From Eukaryota sp. GEM-RC1 (Eukaryota): 64,000 nucleotides of DNA. The stretch is from assembly GCA_040285855.1 (NCBI GenBank), contig JAUFOQ010000016.1, positions 1,860,001-1,924,000 on the forward strand, given 5' to 3'. The notes under the pieces were generated by a model. That model was not told the DNA's origin, ran no database searches, and saw only the letters and a list, made by a program, of their open reading frames with translations. Shown in pieces: positions 24,201 through 37,409 of the stretch (position 1 is the stretch's first letter; each line of letters begins with the position of its first letter). The translations under genes and the position numbers were made by a program.

Positions 24201-27200
24201 TAGTCGATAACGCTGTTGTTCTGGCTGTCTCCGATTCAAACGGTCATAATCACGTATACCCCTTGACTTCCATTGACTTCATGAACGAATCAGTTTCTTC
24301 CTGGAATCACTATAGCTTCTGCCTTTACCGTGTACGCTTGACCTACAAACTTCAATGTTACTTCAATGGACAGCCATGTGGTTCTTGTCATTCCCTTTCG
24401 AATCAAGTTCATAAGAAGTTGTTTAAATGTGTTAATAATATGTGGGTTCCAAAGTTTTTAGTTACTAGATATGCAGCAGTTAGTGGGCTTCAGATTTATT
24501 CAGATACGCTGAATGAAAAGTTTCTACAGTTTCTCCATCATTGTGGTCCAAATAGAATGTCTTTTATGACCTACGATAACAGTCCAATCATTTCTGATGG
24601 AATAGGTGTCGTGCCCACTGTTGTTGGTGGTATAACCGCTGTTTCTCAGCATGCAGAGTTATCAGAAGTCAACAGACCTTCCTTTGATTACACTCCTGTC
24701 TTTGAGCTCTACAATCACCACTCTACCGTTGAGTGCCTTTCAATCACGACTGCTCTCAACTCTCTTTATCGTTACGGAGGATTAGAATGGATCCTCCACT
24801 TATTCTCTACTGTTCAATCTAAGCATCACCTATCAATGACTATTCGATTACTTCTCCACTACTGTAAGTCTTTTGATTTCCGTTCGAATTTGTCTTCTAG
24901 GAGGTTCTCAGGAATGGTTTGTAAGGGTTTATCATTGGTTTTCTCATCGCTCAATAATCTAGGAGAGTCTTTCGGATTCCTGGAGAAGAGCTCATTGATT
25001 GAGTTGATGGGTTTGATTGGACTGGAGATGAATGATTACTTTGATTTTGATGTTTTTGACTCTTTCCTTGATTCGATCCTTATTATGATTGATTTCGACC
25101 CTGATCTTGTCGTTTCCTTCTTCGATGCTCTTGTAGAATCACAACGAGAAGAGTTGCACTCATTCTTCCCATCAGTTTTATCATTTTTGGCAAGAATTTC
25201 CTTTACTAAACAAATCGAACAATCAATCAAAAATTTCTTTGATTTTCTTCTGACCAAACGTGACCCTGATATGATTAAGAAACGTCTTCAAGATTGCATA
25301 GTTATCCTCAATTGTGCAATCACATATCCTTCAACTTCAGTTCCACCTTCAAATACCTTGTCATGTACCAATTTAATTCTGTATATATTTCAACATTTAG
25401 CTCATCAAGCTTGCAATCTTTGTTCTGATAGATTGATTGAGTTCATTAAGCCTTCCATTCTATTGCCTTTCTTGAATAAGAAAGTTCATAATCAAAAGGT
25501 ATCAGTTGCTGTAATCAGAGTTGCTCTTGATTTTGCCTGTCACTCCGCTGAATGGCTCAAGTTATCACGTGATGCCAATGCTAACCTTTGGCCCTGCCTC
25601 AACTCTTTTGTCTCTCTTCTCCACCCCCGTTTGCTTCCCAGCTACTCCTGTTTGCTTCTTTTAATGCTATTGGATACTTTTCTTTGGATTTAAAATGGTC
25701 TTGGAATGCTGATTTTATTCCAAATATTGATAAGATCAAGAATGATTTCTTTTCAAAAGAAGTCTTGAAGAATCCGTTGGAAGTCACGTCATCAAGTGCT
25801 GAAGCTAGATGTCTTTTGCTGTCCTTTGCTCTCTTGAAATCTTTGTTTTGTGGTCGTCAATCAGATCTGAATGTGGCAGAGTTGGTGTTAAACGTCTTTT
25901 GGACATGGTTTTCATTTAAACTACCTCCAACAGTTACTTTTAAAACCAAGAACTGGGGTTCACTACCTAAAAGAATTGACAATCTGGGCAAATACATTGG
26001 TGATTTAGTCCTTCTTTGTAATGACAATCACTCTGACTCTCGATTCTTTGTCCAGGCTGGGTTCTCAGTAGAGGCTTTGCTAATGGAAGAATACGACTAT
26101 GACGTTTCCAATGATGTGACTTCTGAGCTGATGACGTCATCGTCTCCTGTTGTTGAGACGATTTCTGGGTTCAATCAGTTCTCTGACGAGATGATTGATG
26201 AGCAGATTCGTGATTTCCCATTGGAAACTCCAATCAATTCTGATTGCGAGGATGATTCTGAGATGACGTCACCTTCCATATCCATGTCTTCTTCGATTTC
26301 TAGTTCTCTACTTCGTCTATGTTCAGCATTTGCTTGTGTTTTGTTACTAAACGGGGATGAAACCCGAACTAGAAGCTTTTTAGTAGCAATGCTTCCACCC
26401 AAGAAATCATATGTGAGTCATGACGTCACCACTATCACGTCTACATTTCAATCAATTTGTATTAATCTTTCCTCTCATTTACAACCGTTTCTTCAAACAA
26501 TGCCTTTTAATTCCTCTTTTCTTTCTGCACTTAATGTTGCTATTTCTGTTATTTCTAATAGAATTTTAGCTCTAATCAAACTGATTGTTGAAGGAAATAA
26601 TAATGTTTCTGCGGGATTGGAATTAAGCATATGGTATTTGAGCTGGATTTTTGGAATTTTTTCTTCAATCAACAAGGCAATTGTTTTAAAAGTTCTAAAA
26701 TCAGGAGCTCTATCCGATATTTTCTACTCTATTCCTCTTTTGGTAAGTTACTCGTCATTGCAATCAGATGATTGCTCTGATGACGTGATTGGGGGTGTTA
26801 TTTGCAAGAATCTCTACCTTTTCTTACATTGTCCAGATGAACGAGTTTTCAAGCTTATTTTGAGGTTCTTGCTTTGCACAACACTACCCAGCCTTCTTCT
26901 CGTCAACCTGATCTCTTCTCCACGTCGCAATCAATCAAATATAATGGAGATTGCAAATGGTTTCTCTTTTGACCAAGCTTTCATTGTTTGGCAAAAGTCT
27001 TTGAATTCGCCCCGGCCTTGATTACTCCGTTTATGGAAAGTGTAAAGCAATCATTCGAATCTCGTCATTCCTATGACGCTCTCTCGTCAGACAAGGGATT
27101 TACCTTACTAAAACAAGACTCCAGTTTCAGCTTCAAGAATTGGGTATTGTCAGAGGGTGACGTGCTGCGGAGTTGCCTCTTTCCTATTTCGATCACTACA

Positions 27201-28334
27201 TCAAAATCAGTCATTGATGATTGTAACAAGCTTTTGAAGAATCTTTCCCAGCATTTCTCTAGTACCAGAAACTCTATTCTTAACGACAACTCACAGGTTA
27301 AAGCCTTCACATCCTACTACAAATCTGCTGTAAACAAAGCCAAAGCACAGATTTCTATTAATAGAAATTTGGTTAAACGTAGGTGCACCCAATTAATTCG
27401 AACTAGAATCGAGTCGATGGCTGCTTGGCGATTGTTATGGTCTCTGTATCATCTGGATGACGTCAACAAATCATTTAGAGGTTATCGACAATCACGTCAT
27501 TTGAGCTCTAATCTCACTCGATCAAATCTGACTGTCGATTACGCCTTTTTGACCAAGTTTCCTCCATTGCCAACTGATCCTGACGAGTTAACTGCTGACG
27601 ACGAACTTTCCTCAGTCATTTCTGATGGACGAAACCTTCCTGTTTCGAGATGCATCAACACTTTATCATGTGCCTGTCAACTTCAATCACTTTTCGGAAG
27701 TGAATTCACTCCACGAGGGTATTGTACCCAAATGAATCAAGTTGTTCTGACCTCCATCTCGTCACTTTCCACTTTCATTTGTGACCCTGATGAGACTTTG
27801 GAAGGTCTCTATCACGTGGGATTGATTGCTAATACTCTTGATCCAATACCTTCCTTACTGGCGGTGACTTCCTCTAAACTACATATCATTGCACATTGTT
27901 GTATTAACAAACAGCGAGTGCAATCAATTCCACAGAATCAATTACTGTCAGAAGGTCAAAAACTAGCACTCAAACTAGGAACTTTACCACCTACGTTTTT
28001 AAACCCGTTGGAAAGTTTAGATTTGTCTTTTTCCCATTCAAATTCTTCCCCAGATATTTTCTTTAGGCTATGTCAACGACGACTTGTTCATCGAAATTCA
28101 TTAGTTTCTGTTAAGCCTAGATCATCTGCGCACGAAGCTATTGGATTAGAGCTGTTTGTCGCAACAGGAAACAGTCAGATTGCTGGAGGTGTGGGTAAGT
28201 TTGATTCTGTGTTCTTTATTTTTGAAAACGAGAGGTCGCGTGATTTTGTAGCCAATGCTTTAAAACCGTCACATAATTTCAGTGAGAAGTCGTCTAATTT
28301 CACAAGTGCGCGTGAGTTTTTTGCTGCATCTTGA
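21277..28334 (+). CDS. Very large neurobeachin/BEACH-family-like protein (ARM-like, ConA-like, PH-like), no BEACH domain visible; five frameshifts
   Basis: Six overlapping ORFs tile the region. Motifs: FVFSAWMK, WNHYSF...CYFNG, LYRYGGLEWILHLF, and at the end R...IGLELF...SVFFIF....RD. Confidence 0.55.
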
Positions 28335-29172
28335 TTGATTGATTTGATTTCTTTGTGTTGACGTAGTGTGTACAGATAAATTATTTTGAAAAATTCACAT
28401 GTTATAATTCCACATTTACTACAGTAAGCAGTGTAATTTGTGTGGGTCAGAATAATTCTTCACAAATTTCTGAGAATCGAATTGGAATTATTAGATAATT
28501 AGATCACTCTAATTTTCAACATTAGGAATTCTATTTCTTGTTGCAGTAAGTAATTATTTATTCTAAAGGTACAGTAATAGACTAAACAACCAAAATTTGA
28601 TATCATTAAAACAACACCTATGCTATCAAATATTACACCAGCTTTGTCCTCAAAGAGGAACTCACAGCTAGTGAAGCTTTGGAGATGATTAGGGGAATTG
28701 TAATAAAAATACTAAAAACGATACGATTTAACCATAACAGTAATATAGTCCAAAGCAAATTCAGATATTTGGTGTAGGTACACTTCATCAAAAATCAATT
28801 TACCGAACTACGACAGTGTTCTCTTCAAGGACATCATCTTAATTTTGTTCTACATTATCTCTGACAAGAAAATTGTCTTGTTTTTACCCTAGAAAGTTTT
28901 TAAAAAAAATGTATATTTGCCAGTAATCAGTGGGAGAGCTGTGACTGTTCCCAACTTCCTGCAGTATTTTCAGCAAGTCCGTAAAAGATCAGGTTATTGC
29001 TGAAATTGTCTTTCATTCTCATTGCATATGTAAATCTGCTCCAAATATTGTCTTATTACACCAGATGTTGGTTTCCTTAGAAACATCAAAACAATTGGAG
29101 TTTCTATAGTTAATGTAGTTCATCAGCATCAGTTGTGTGAATGGTGCAAACAATCTAGAAAGACAAAAAATT

Positions 29173-29255
29173 TCGGACCTCTGGGAATTGAACCCAGGAC
29201 ATTTCGATTACTACAAATCTACAGTCGAATGCTCTACCAACTGAGCTAAGATCCG
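29173..29255 (-). tRNA. tRNA-Tyr(GTA) with 10-nt intron (29209-29218)
   Basis: Cloverleaf CGGATCT-TA-GCTCAGTTGGTAGAGC-A-TTCGA-CTGTAG[intron]A-TCGAA...CTGGG-TTCAATT-CCCAG-AGGTCCG-A, with C1:G72 and A73 and a downstream T-run. Confidence 0.95.
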
Positions 29256-29333
29256 CTTACGTTCTCCTTGTTTGTTTTTGGAAGCTTGCTTCCTGGCCTA
29301 AGAAGTTATATCAGTTTTGGGGGGTATGTGTAG

Positions 29334-29513
29334 TAGGGCTGTGCAGGTTCGGGTTTAGGTTTCAAACCAAACCATTTTTTACAAAACCTAGCTGAACCTA
29401 AACCTAAAACTTAAAAACCTAGTGGAACCTAAACCCATTTTTGGAAAAACAAACCAAACCTAAACCAGGTTTGGGGTTTGAGACTTTTTGAAACCCAAAC
29501 CTGCATAGTCCTA
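29334..29513. mobile_element. hAT-type MITE (180 bp)
   Basis: 23-bp imperfect TIRs TAGGGCTGTGCAGGTTCGGGTTT / AAACCCAAACCTGCATAGTCCTA. Flanks ATGTGTAG and ATATGTAG (7/8 TSD). Internal AAACC repeats. Confidence 0.85.
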
Positions 29514-29836
29514 ATATGTAGTTGAAACTTGGGCTTGATTTTTGGTGATTAGCGCTGAAAATATCAATCAATTACCCCTGTCAATATGGAACATCATTCA
29601 CCTAAAATAGACACCCATCATCTACTTGTTCTCCGACCAGGACGAACAAATCAGACTGGTATCGTTACTGCAATTAGTCTGATTGAGACTAATTACCATG
29701 TGAGACTAATTTCCAAAACACGTTAAGTAAATCACGAGTATATGGAAATTTTGGCAATTTTTGGGAGTTGGCCCAAAGTTTGTTTTCCAGCCTTTGTTTT
29801 TTTCGATGTTTTTTACAGATCCAATCTAGGTTCTAC

Positions 29837-30349
29837 CAGTGTTCGAAATTTCCCACGTGTTTTTCAAAAGACACCGTGTCGGTGTTAACACGCGTGTCCA
29901 CACGGTGTCTTTGATGTGTCTTTTGGGTGTTTTTGCGTGTTTTTTCGGAAAAAATTTTTCATCAACTATATAGAGTTTGACTATCAAAACATACTTTTGG
30001 GCCAGTTCTTGCCTTTATCTGACATCCCATCACTGAATCTTGGATTCTGTGGTTCTGTTGAGTTGAATTGTGTTCTAGGTCTGTTTGACAACGCATCATG
30101 TCAGTATTTTGGCCACTTTCTGTTGGCATTGCGGTCTATTGTGGTATAACATATAGAAAAACATTCAAGTCGAACAGTGTTGAGGGAAATAAAAGGGTAC
30201 TTTCGAAGTTTTCTAGGTTTTTTGCAGAAAAACACGTACACACGCGGTGTCTTTTTGCGTGTTTTTCTGCGTGTTTTTCAAAAGACACCGTGTCCGTGTC
30301 CAAACGTGTCTGCGTGTCCAAACGTGTCCACGCGTGTCTTCGAACACTG
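29837..30349. mobile_element. hAT-type non-autonomous element (513 bp)
   Basis: Perfect 11-bp TIR CAGTGTTCGAA, perfect 8-bp TSD GGTTCTAC (29829-29836, 30350-30357), and many subterminal CGTGT/GTGTC motifs. Confidence 0.9.
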
Positions 30350-30628
30350 GGTTCTACTAGTAGTGTGGTAATACACGTCTACTGCATTAAATTCAAATAC
30401 AATCAGTACAACACTCAACAATTTCCATAACACTACTAGCGTCTCCCTTAGAGAAATAGTCATAAATATGACTTCTTTTATTACCAGCAGTTGACATCAA
30501 AAAACAAACACTGGGAAGGGAAATGTGGTGTGCCCACTTTTGTTTTCCCACTGTTTTTCCACCCAACGTTTTTGAAAATACGGGTAATTCATTGCCTCGT
30601 GATGATACTCTAATTTAAATTGCAAAAA

Positions 30629-30702
30629 TGTTTTCGGGGAGGTTCGAACTCCCGACCATCTGTGTGTTAGACAGATATCCTAACCAACTAGACCACGAAA
30701 AC
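30629..30702 (-). tRNA. tRNA-Val(AAC)
   Basis: GTTTTCG...TCTGT-CTAACAC-ACAGA...GGGAG-TTCGAAC-CTCCC-CGAAAAC-A followed by a T-run. Confidence 0.95.
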
Positions 30703-30899
30703 TGCTTAACGACTTTGGTATGAGAATCCAACACATCTTTGCAGAACAATTTTGACCAAAGAAGACAATTGATTTAACACCACTGGAGTTATCTAAGTCT
30801 CACAACTGCCTCCAAAACTGAATCACCTCTACATTACTCAGTGAAAACGATAAGAATACAAACAGTAACAGAAACATAATAAATTGTGTTTATTAAAAC

Positions 30900-32332
30900 C
30901 TACCGTTTTAAAAGAGCAACCCCTGATTCTCCAACAATAACTAAACCACGTTCATCTTGAGTGAAAAAAGTCTGCTTCGGTCTTGATATTCTAACCAAAT
31001 CGACAGAAATTTCAACTTTTTGAGTTGGATCAAAAGGCTTTGTATCTAAAACCCAAATACTTTTGTTACAACAACCAGACATTAAAAACCACTTCTAGAA
31101 CCAGAAACAGAGCTACATTCAAGAGAGACATTTAGTGGAGGATTAGCAGGATTCCGTAGATTCCAGGAGAGAACAACATTAGAAGAATATGAAGCACATA
31201 CCAAGGATCCGTTTTCTAAACAAACAATGTCAGTAATATTTCCATCAGTTACAGATTGTTCAAGAATAGAAACGCACTTCGACTGTTTAATATCAAATAC
31301 TTGAACGTTATTATTTGAATCTCCAATAAATACTAAACTTCCATCCACGTGACACCTAATCACTTTGGGAATCACGTCATCAAGATGATATTCTTTTATG
31401 ATAGACTTGCTCTGAGCATTTAATAGTAAAGCTCTATCGTTTCCAATAACAAGGAAATGAAGAGGAACTACTGTTAAAGAAGATGAACGGAAGTTATCTA
31501 ATTCAAGATCAAAAGGAGATAATGAAATCTGTTCAACAAAGGAATCTGAAATTAATTCGTAATATTTTAAATGTTGAGAAGTAGTGAAGAGCAATCCTGG
31601 TTTAGAAAGTCTGTTCATTGAATGGAAATCTATTGGAGTTCCAATAAAGTCAAAGAAATTCTTGATTTGACCTCCAAATGACGTGAACATCAACTCCTGA
31701 TTGTGAACAAAAGCCAAGTAATCAGAATCAAGTACTTGAGACACGTGTGTAAAAGACGGATTAGGAAGGTCAAAATAAATAGGATCAGCTGTACTAAAAT
31801 CCTTAGCAAAAGGTATTGATGGTCTAGCTTTGATAAGCTTTTTCCTTTCAACAGTCAAAGCCTTGTTGATTGTGATTAATTCTTCATGAAAGTCTATAGT
31901 TGAAGTAGGCTCAGTGATGACGTCAGAGGGCTCAGAAGGTGATTGTAATTGAGCTTTCAGTAAGTCTCTTTCTGACATTAGGTCTTGAATGACTTTCTGG
32001 CTTTGTTGGTTCTTAAATTCCGCTTCTTTTAACTCTTCACGTGCAGTGGCAAGGGAGAGTCGTAGAGAATGAGTTTCAAGAATGAGAGCTTCCCATTCAC
32101 TGTGTAGGTGACCAAGAAGACCAGGAATAGACATGGTATCAGGTTGTCTTGGTTCTGTTAGAGTAGCACTCTTAAGTTCAATTAAGTCATTGGGAGAAAG
32201 AGAAGTGTTGGTAATGGGACAACGCTGGCCAGTTTCATCAAGGTATTTTAGAACAAGTTCACGTTCAAAGACATAACCTGTTGGAGAAACAACAGGGTGT
32301 TTTGGTATTGTGTTGGATATTGAGCAAAACAT
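30900..32332 (-). CDS. PRP19: Pre-mRNA processing factor 19 (U-box, coiled coil, WD40), copy 1; frameshift near 31089
   Basis: MFCSIS...PVVSP.GYVFERELV.KY...CPIT, SIPGLL.....EWEAL.LET..LR. It has GG where copy 2 has GGG. Confidence 0.93.
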
Positions 32333-34024
32333 TTTGTTGGAAGATTCAATTAAATGCCAAGCAAATGCTCAGTTTCTTATTGGTGTCAAGAACGTTGTTT
32401 AGCAGTTATATTGCATCATAAAGGGAAACTACCAGGTGCTGTGTATTGTAGATCTGAAGCAGGTAAGCCAACATTAGATCCATTCTCTGCTCTGTATCTT
32501 GTCTTGTGAGATTGACCATAGCTGTTTGATTCATCGTAATAAGCTTTTATTGTCTCCAACAGAATGTAACTGTGAAGAATCACTGTCATTTGAACAATCC
32601 AAGGACTTTGTTCTTCAATCTCTATGTACTTACTACTCAATGGCTTTAAGTACCATGGAACTTCATTTTGATGTTTATTTTCAGTTGTATCAATCATCAG
32701 TTTATTGCACAGTTATTCATACTGATATTTTGTTATTTCCATTTGTTTTTGTTTCAAAGAAGAGTGTTTACATTTCCACTTCTAGTAGTGATCCTGTTTG
32801 TGACCTTGAGGTGCTCAATAATATCCAACTCTCTTACTGCTTGGAGAAGATGTTAGTTATTTGTTTAGTTACTGATCATGAGGTTGACTTCTTGAGTTTG
32901 AACATTGATGACGTTTTGGAACTTGACAAGGAGTTTGAAGTGGTTTACAAGAGTTAGGTCACGAACTGGTTCAATCAACTGCGTTGTGATTACAGTCTTT
33001 ACCATTCATGTAAGACCATCTGTTTCCAACTCAAGCAACTGTTCTAAATTCTAGAGTACTACTCTAAAGTGATGTTGTCTCAACCACTACTCAGTGTTTA
33101 GAATGAGGGGCTCGGATTTTGAATCATAGTCCTGCTGCTATGACACTGTAGTAGTCTGTATAATCTGATCACTTTCAAAACCTTGTGTAGTTTAGTAATT
33201 TTGATTGAAAATTGAGGTAACAATTACTGGTACGGTGATGTACATAAAGCTTTTTGTTTTACAAACAAAATTTTACTCTGGGTTTTTAGTTCATCGTTTT
33301 TAGGGGAATATGGAAAAACTGGAGAGAAAGACTATTATTAGAAAAACAATCAAATGCTAAAAGACCATCGATTGTGTAGCTACGGTAAACTGACAGCACT
33401 GAATCCTATTTCCAAAATTTAAGTGTATTACAATATGTGTACGAGGCAACCACACAACAAGAAACAAAGGATAAATACAACTATTAAAACAAACTTCCTA
33501 AAGTCGAAACGTAGTTACATGTACCACAACAGCCAAGTAGAAGAACTACTATTTCAGTAGAAAGAGGTCGCAAATGGCTGAAAGTACATATTAATGTGTC
33601 TTTGTGAATTTAAAGTAATTTTCAACTTACGTTTTTTATGATACAGTATGTATTGCTGTGTCCTTCATTTTCCAAGCTTACTTCAATTTCAGAGCAAATC
33701 AGGAGAGCAGTAGTTATCTATACCTTCAGTCAAATACACGTCAAGGAGACTATCATCATCCACGGATTGACTTAAGTAACTACATAAAAGAAGTGTTAGA
33801 TTCTAACACCCCAACTGCTCTAAATAATTGCGTCGCTTAAATTTTTGGTCATGTCATTGCTGTCCACAAAGAGCTGGCATGTCTATAATGCTAGTAATCG
33901 CCAGAAGGTGCTGGTGGATGAACATACAGCTCAACAAAAAGAAAACAATCTTCAAGACACTATTTGAAACAGCGAGCTCAAAAACGACTTAATCGTTTAA
34001 GAAACAAGGCTGGACTGTCTCCAC

Positions 34025-36707
34025 ATGCTTTTGAAGACCCCAGTACGGACAGCCTCCAAAGTTCCCCCTGACTCAATGAACAGAAAACGAAGAGGACTTC
34101 CGCTTGTTCCTCCTGTCTCTACTCCTTCTAAAAGACCAAGTTTCCAAGATACAGAGGACCCAATGTCTTCTACCAGGATTGCACCAATTCTTAAAGATAT
34201 CCCCTCTTGATTTACTCTTTGGTTATTTGTATGTTTCCCAACACCAAGATCATCCTTCTTTACATTGGATCTATTGTTGTGTTTGTAGGCTTAAACTACG
34301 TTTTCTCCACATACCTTCTATTCCTTCCTCTTCGATCAAAGTTCGATGTTACTGTAATCTTCTGGGAATCCTCTCTCCCTTACATCTTGCTTCTCTTTTA
34401 TGGTTCCTGGGCTATCCCTCACGCTCTCGTCAGCTACATTGTTCTAAGACAAGCAGTTTTTAGAATGCTTTGGGGGACCAGTACTTTGTTCTATCTAGCA
34501 ATCGTACAAGCAACATTTGCCATCACTACCTCTCTCATTGCTCGTAATCGCTATAAGTTAGACTTCCGAAGGCCTAAGCGAGAAGATATCGTTGCATATG
34601 TTCCGTATATCTTTGTTGGTCCTTTTATTGCGTATTGGTTTGCCATACTTTGGGTTCACTTGATTGAGGATTTCCCTATAACAATATTGGAAGGTGTTTT
34701 AATCTGGATGACTGTGAGCTCTTTTACGTTCGCTTTGATTGCACCCTTCTTTGGTCAGATTTTGTATTGTTTTGATCATTTAATTCTCAAATACACGCCG
34801 TATTTTGCCAGTGCGATTCCTTCTCAATATAGAACTTCTTCTATGGACCATGGCTGTTTCTATTGTATACATCCACCCTTTAAGGAAATTCTAATGCATT
34901 TGGTGATCATTATCGTCTCTGGGATCTATTTTGGTCTTCTTCTTTGGGTATCCGCCATTGACTCTCCTTTCTACCAATTTGTTCTTGTTCCTTTTGGTTT
35001 CATCTTCCTCTATCTCGGGTTTCGTCCAACTGTAACTTGGGTTTGACTACGTTCTTGCTCTAATTCCAGCTATTCAGTTTATTCATTGTTATTCTGCTCA
35101 TGGCCGTTCTCTTTGGAGTTGAATTATTCCCAGGTATAGGCGTAACTTTCTTCTCTCTTGGGGGAGGTCTCCTTGTTCTGTTCGCTGCCATTAACTCCGA
35201 CGATCTTCGAAGAACAAAGAAGGAAGTGGAGGATCGGTTGAAAAGTAAAGTTGACAGAAGGACGCAGCAACTAGAAGTGTCCAGAAATCATTTGGCTGCT
35301 TTTCTTGATACCATTAGTAAGTTACCTGCAGGGATTAGCCACGAAATCAAGACATCCTTGAACCATTGTGTATCTTCTCTAGAGATTCTATGTCAGGATG
35401 AGGCCAAGTGTTTGCATTCCCAATGTTCACGACCTCTGCACGGGCTTCACTTCTTAGTTGATGATTTGCTATTCAAGTATACTAATCTTGACCTTACTGG
35501 AACTTCATCTTTGAATGTTCTGTCCTTGGTTGAATCCGTTTCAAACTCTTTGATATTGTTAATACATGATGTACATCTTGAGTACTATGAAACTTCTTTT
35601 CATTCATTTGAGTATATTGTTTCAAGTCATGACCTTGGACTTACTAAATTGTTTCAGTTCATGTTTAGGCAATTGTTCTGGACTAAAACACGTGTAATCA
35701 TGAAGGTATCTCAACAATTGATTGATGATTCTCTTTTGTTTTCCTTTTCTGGAGAAGATAGTTTCAATCACTTGACCTCGTCACGTGTTGGTCGTCGAAG
35801 TTCTGTCGATGCTAGTGTTGTTGATTTACTGGAAATGTCACATCAACTAGCCGATTCATTAGGATTTACCTTTATTCATTCGTTTAATCCTGACTCTGGT
35901 CATTTAGTATTGGAGTTGAGCTTTTCGAGCTTTGTTATAGAGAAAAGAGATCGATCTGAGGTGTTGTCTCTAATTTCTGATAGATTCTCCTCCTTTGCTA
36001 TCCACTCCTTGTCTGAAACAACACGGGATTACCTTTGTCTACTGCTCTCTCCTATATTATCTTTAGTAGAAGATATTGAAAAGGAAAAAGACATTGACTC
36101 TGACCGCAATTTGATCATTATTGATGAAAACACTATGAGTGCTGATGATATTGATCGACTCTTAGCTCAAATCAATTCGAAAAAAGAAGGTGGTTTCCCG
36201 ATCTTTATAGGCAATTCTTTCAGAAGAAATTGTATTGCTCAGCCTCTTATTTCAACTCGTTTCTTTAACTTTTTCAACCGTTTGCTTTCCACTTCAGCTT
36301 CTCACGATCTTCCTCCAGTTCTTGTGGTTGATGATAACAAAATGAATGTAAAGCTTCTGCAGGCTCTGCTTAGATCACAACAATTGGCCTCTGACAGTGC
36401 TTTTGATGGGGAAGAAGCTTTTCTAAGGTGTAAAAAGAGAATTAATGAAGGGAATCCTTATTTTTTAATTTTGATGGATATTTTGATGCCAAAAATGGAT
36501 GGTGTGGAGGCGACTAAACTCATTCGTGCTTTTGAACGTACCTTCCAAATACAGACTTCTTCTGCTATCCTGGCAGTGAGTGCACACGCAGAAGCTAACT
36601 CAAAAATTATGGATGATGTTAGATCTGTGGGATTTAACGAATTCGTTTCTAAGCCTTTAAAACTGAGTCAATTGAAGCATTTTCTTGTTAAGTATGGCAT
36701 TTCTTAA
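34025..36707 (+). CDS. Membrane hybrid histidine-kinase-like protein (multi-TM, HisKA, degenerate HATPase, receiver); two frameshifts
   Basis: Multiple hydrophobic helices, VDRRT.QL linker, H-box ISHEIKTSLN, and receiver VLVVDDN...LILMDILMPKMDG...AVSA...FVSKP. Frames join at the C-run near 34203 and the G-run near 35040. Confidence 0.8.
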
Positions 36708-37409
36708 TCAATTTTTTCTTCATTGTTGAACTCTTCACTGTGAGACCCATGGTTGTAAGTTGAGGTGAGTCGTTTGATTTTTCATCGGTCAGTTTTATTT
36801 TACTTCATTCAACAAGTGGTTTTTTAATTTTCATGGTTTAAAGTTGTTTTCAACCGGTAATCTCTTTTTAGCAAACCTCCTTTGAAAACGTGATCAAGTG
36901 TTACGACTTTTGACTGCCTTACGGTCATGAAAAATGTGACTGAAATTGATATGATTTTGAGTAATATTAGCTACTACAGTAGTATTAGATGTGTATATCA
37001 ATCAAATGGCTCATAAAATTCACCGAAATTCAGTCTCGAGTTGTCTTAAATTTCAATCCTAATCTGAGTCGCCTATAGGTTTCATTGATGCTTGCTTGTT
37101 CTGCTCTACAATCGATTTGTCCTGGGTTTGTAAGGTGTCGTGATGTAGAAGATGCTGAGTTTGAATCTGATAGACTTCAAGATGTAAGAATACGCATAGT
37201 TGTTTCCTTTGGACAAAACATAGATTACACGTGAAAACGTTTTTATCAAACAACTAGAATAATGATCGCCTTTTTAATTTCAAGTGTTAATATTTATGGA
37301 GGAAAGAAAAGAGATTTTTTCAGAAAATACAAACATCCACAACAAATAAAAATAATTACTATACACGAAAAAAGAATTCGTTTTTTCAAAAATACCCGAT
37401 ACTCTAAAT

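Larger units (their letters stand above)
30624..32959. repeat. Inverted segmental duplication, copy 1 (partner about 57352-59689)
   Basis: tRNA-Val, PRP19 and ~600 bp upstream match the partner in reverse complement with scattered substitutions. Confidence 0.95.

Noticed and set aside
29380..29500. Telomere-like AAACCT repeats
   Set aside because: Irregular and enclosed by TIRs and a TSD; these are MITE internal repeats.
29916..30463. Short ORFs on both strands
   Set aside because: They arise from the repetitive MITE sequence.
30506..30556. Imperfect hairpin AAACACTGGGAA...TTCCCACTGTTT
   Set aside because: Single short instance with no TSD or other support.
32416..32957. Small ORFs conserved in both duplication arms
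   Set aside because: Conservation reflects the recent duplication; frames differ between the copies and no motif is recognised.
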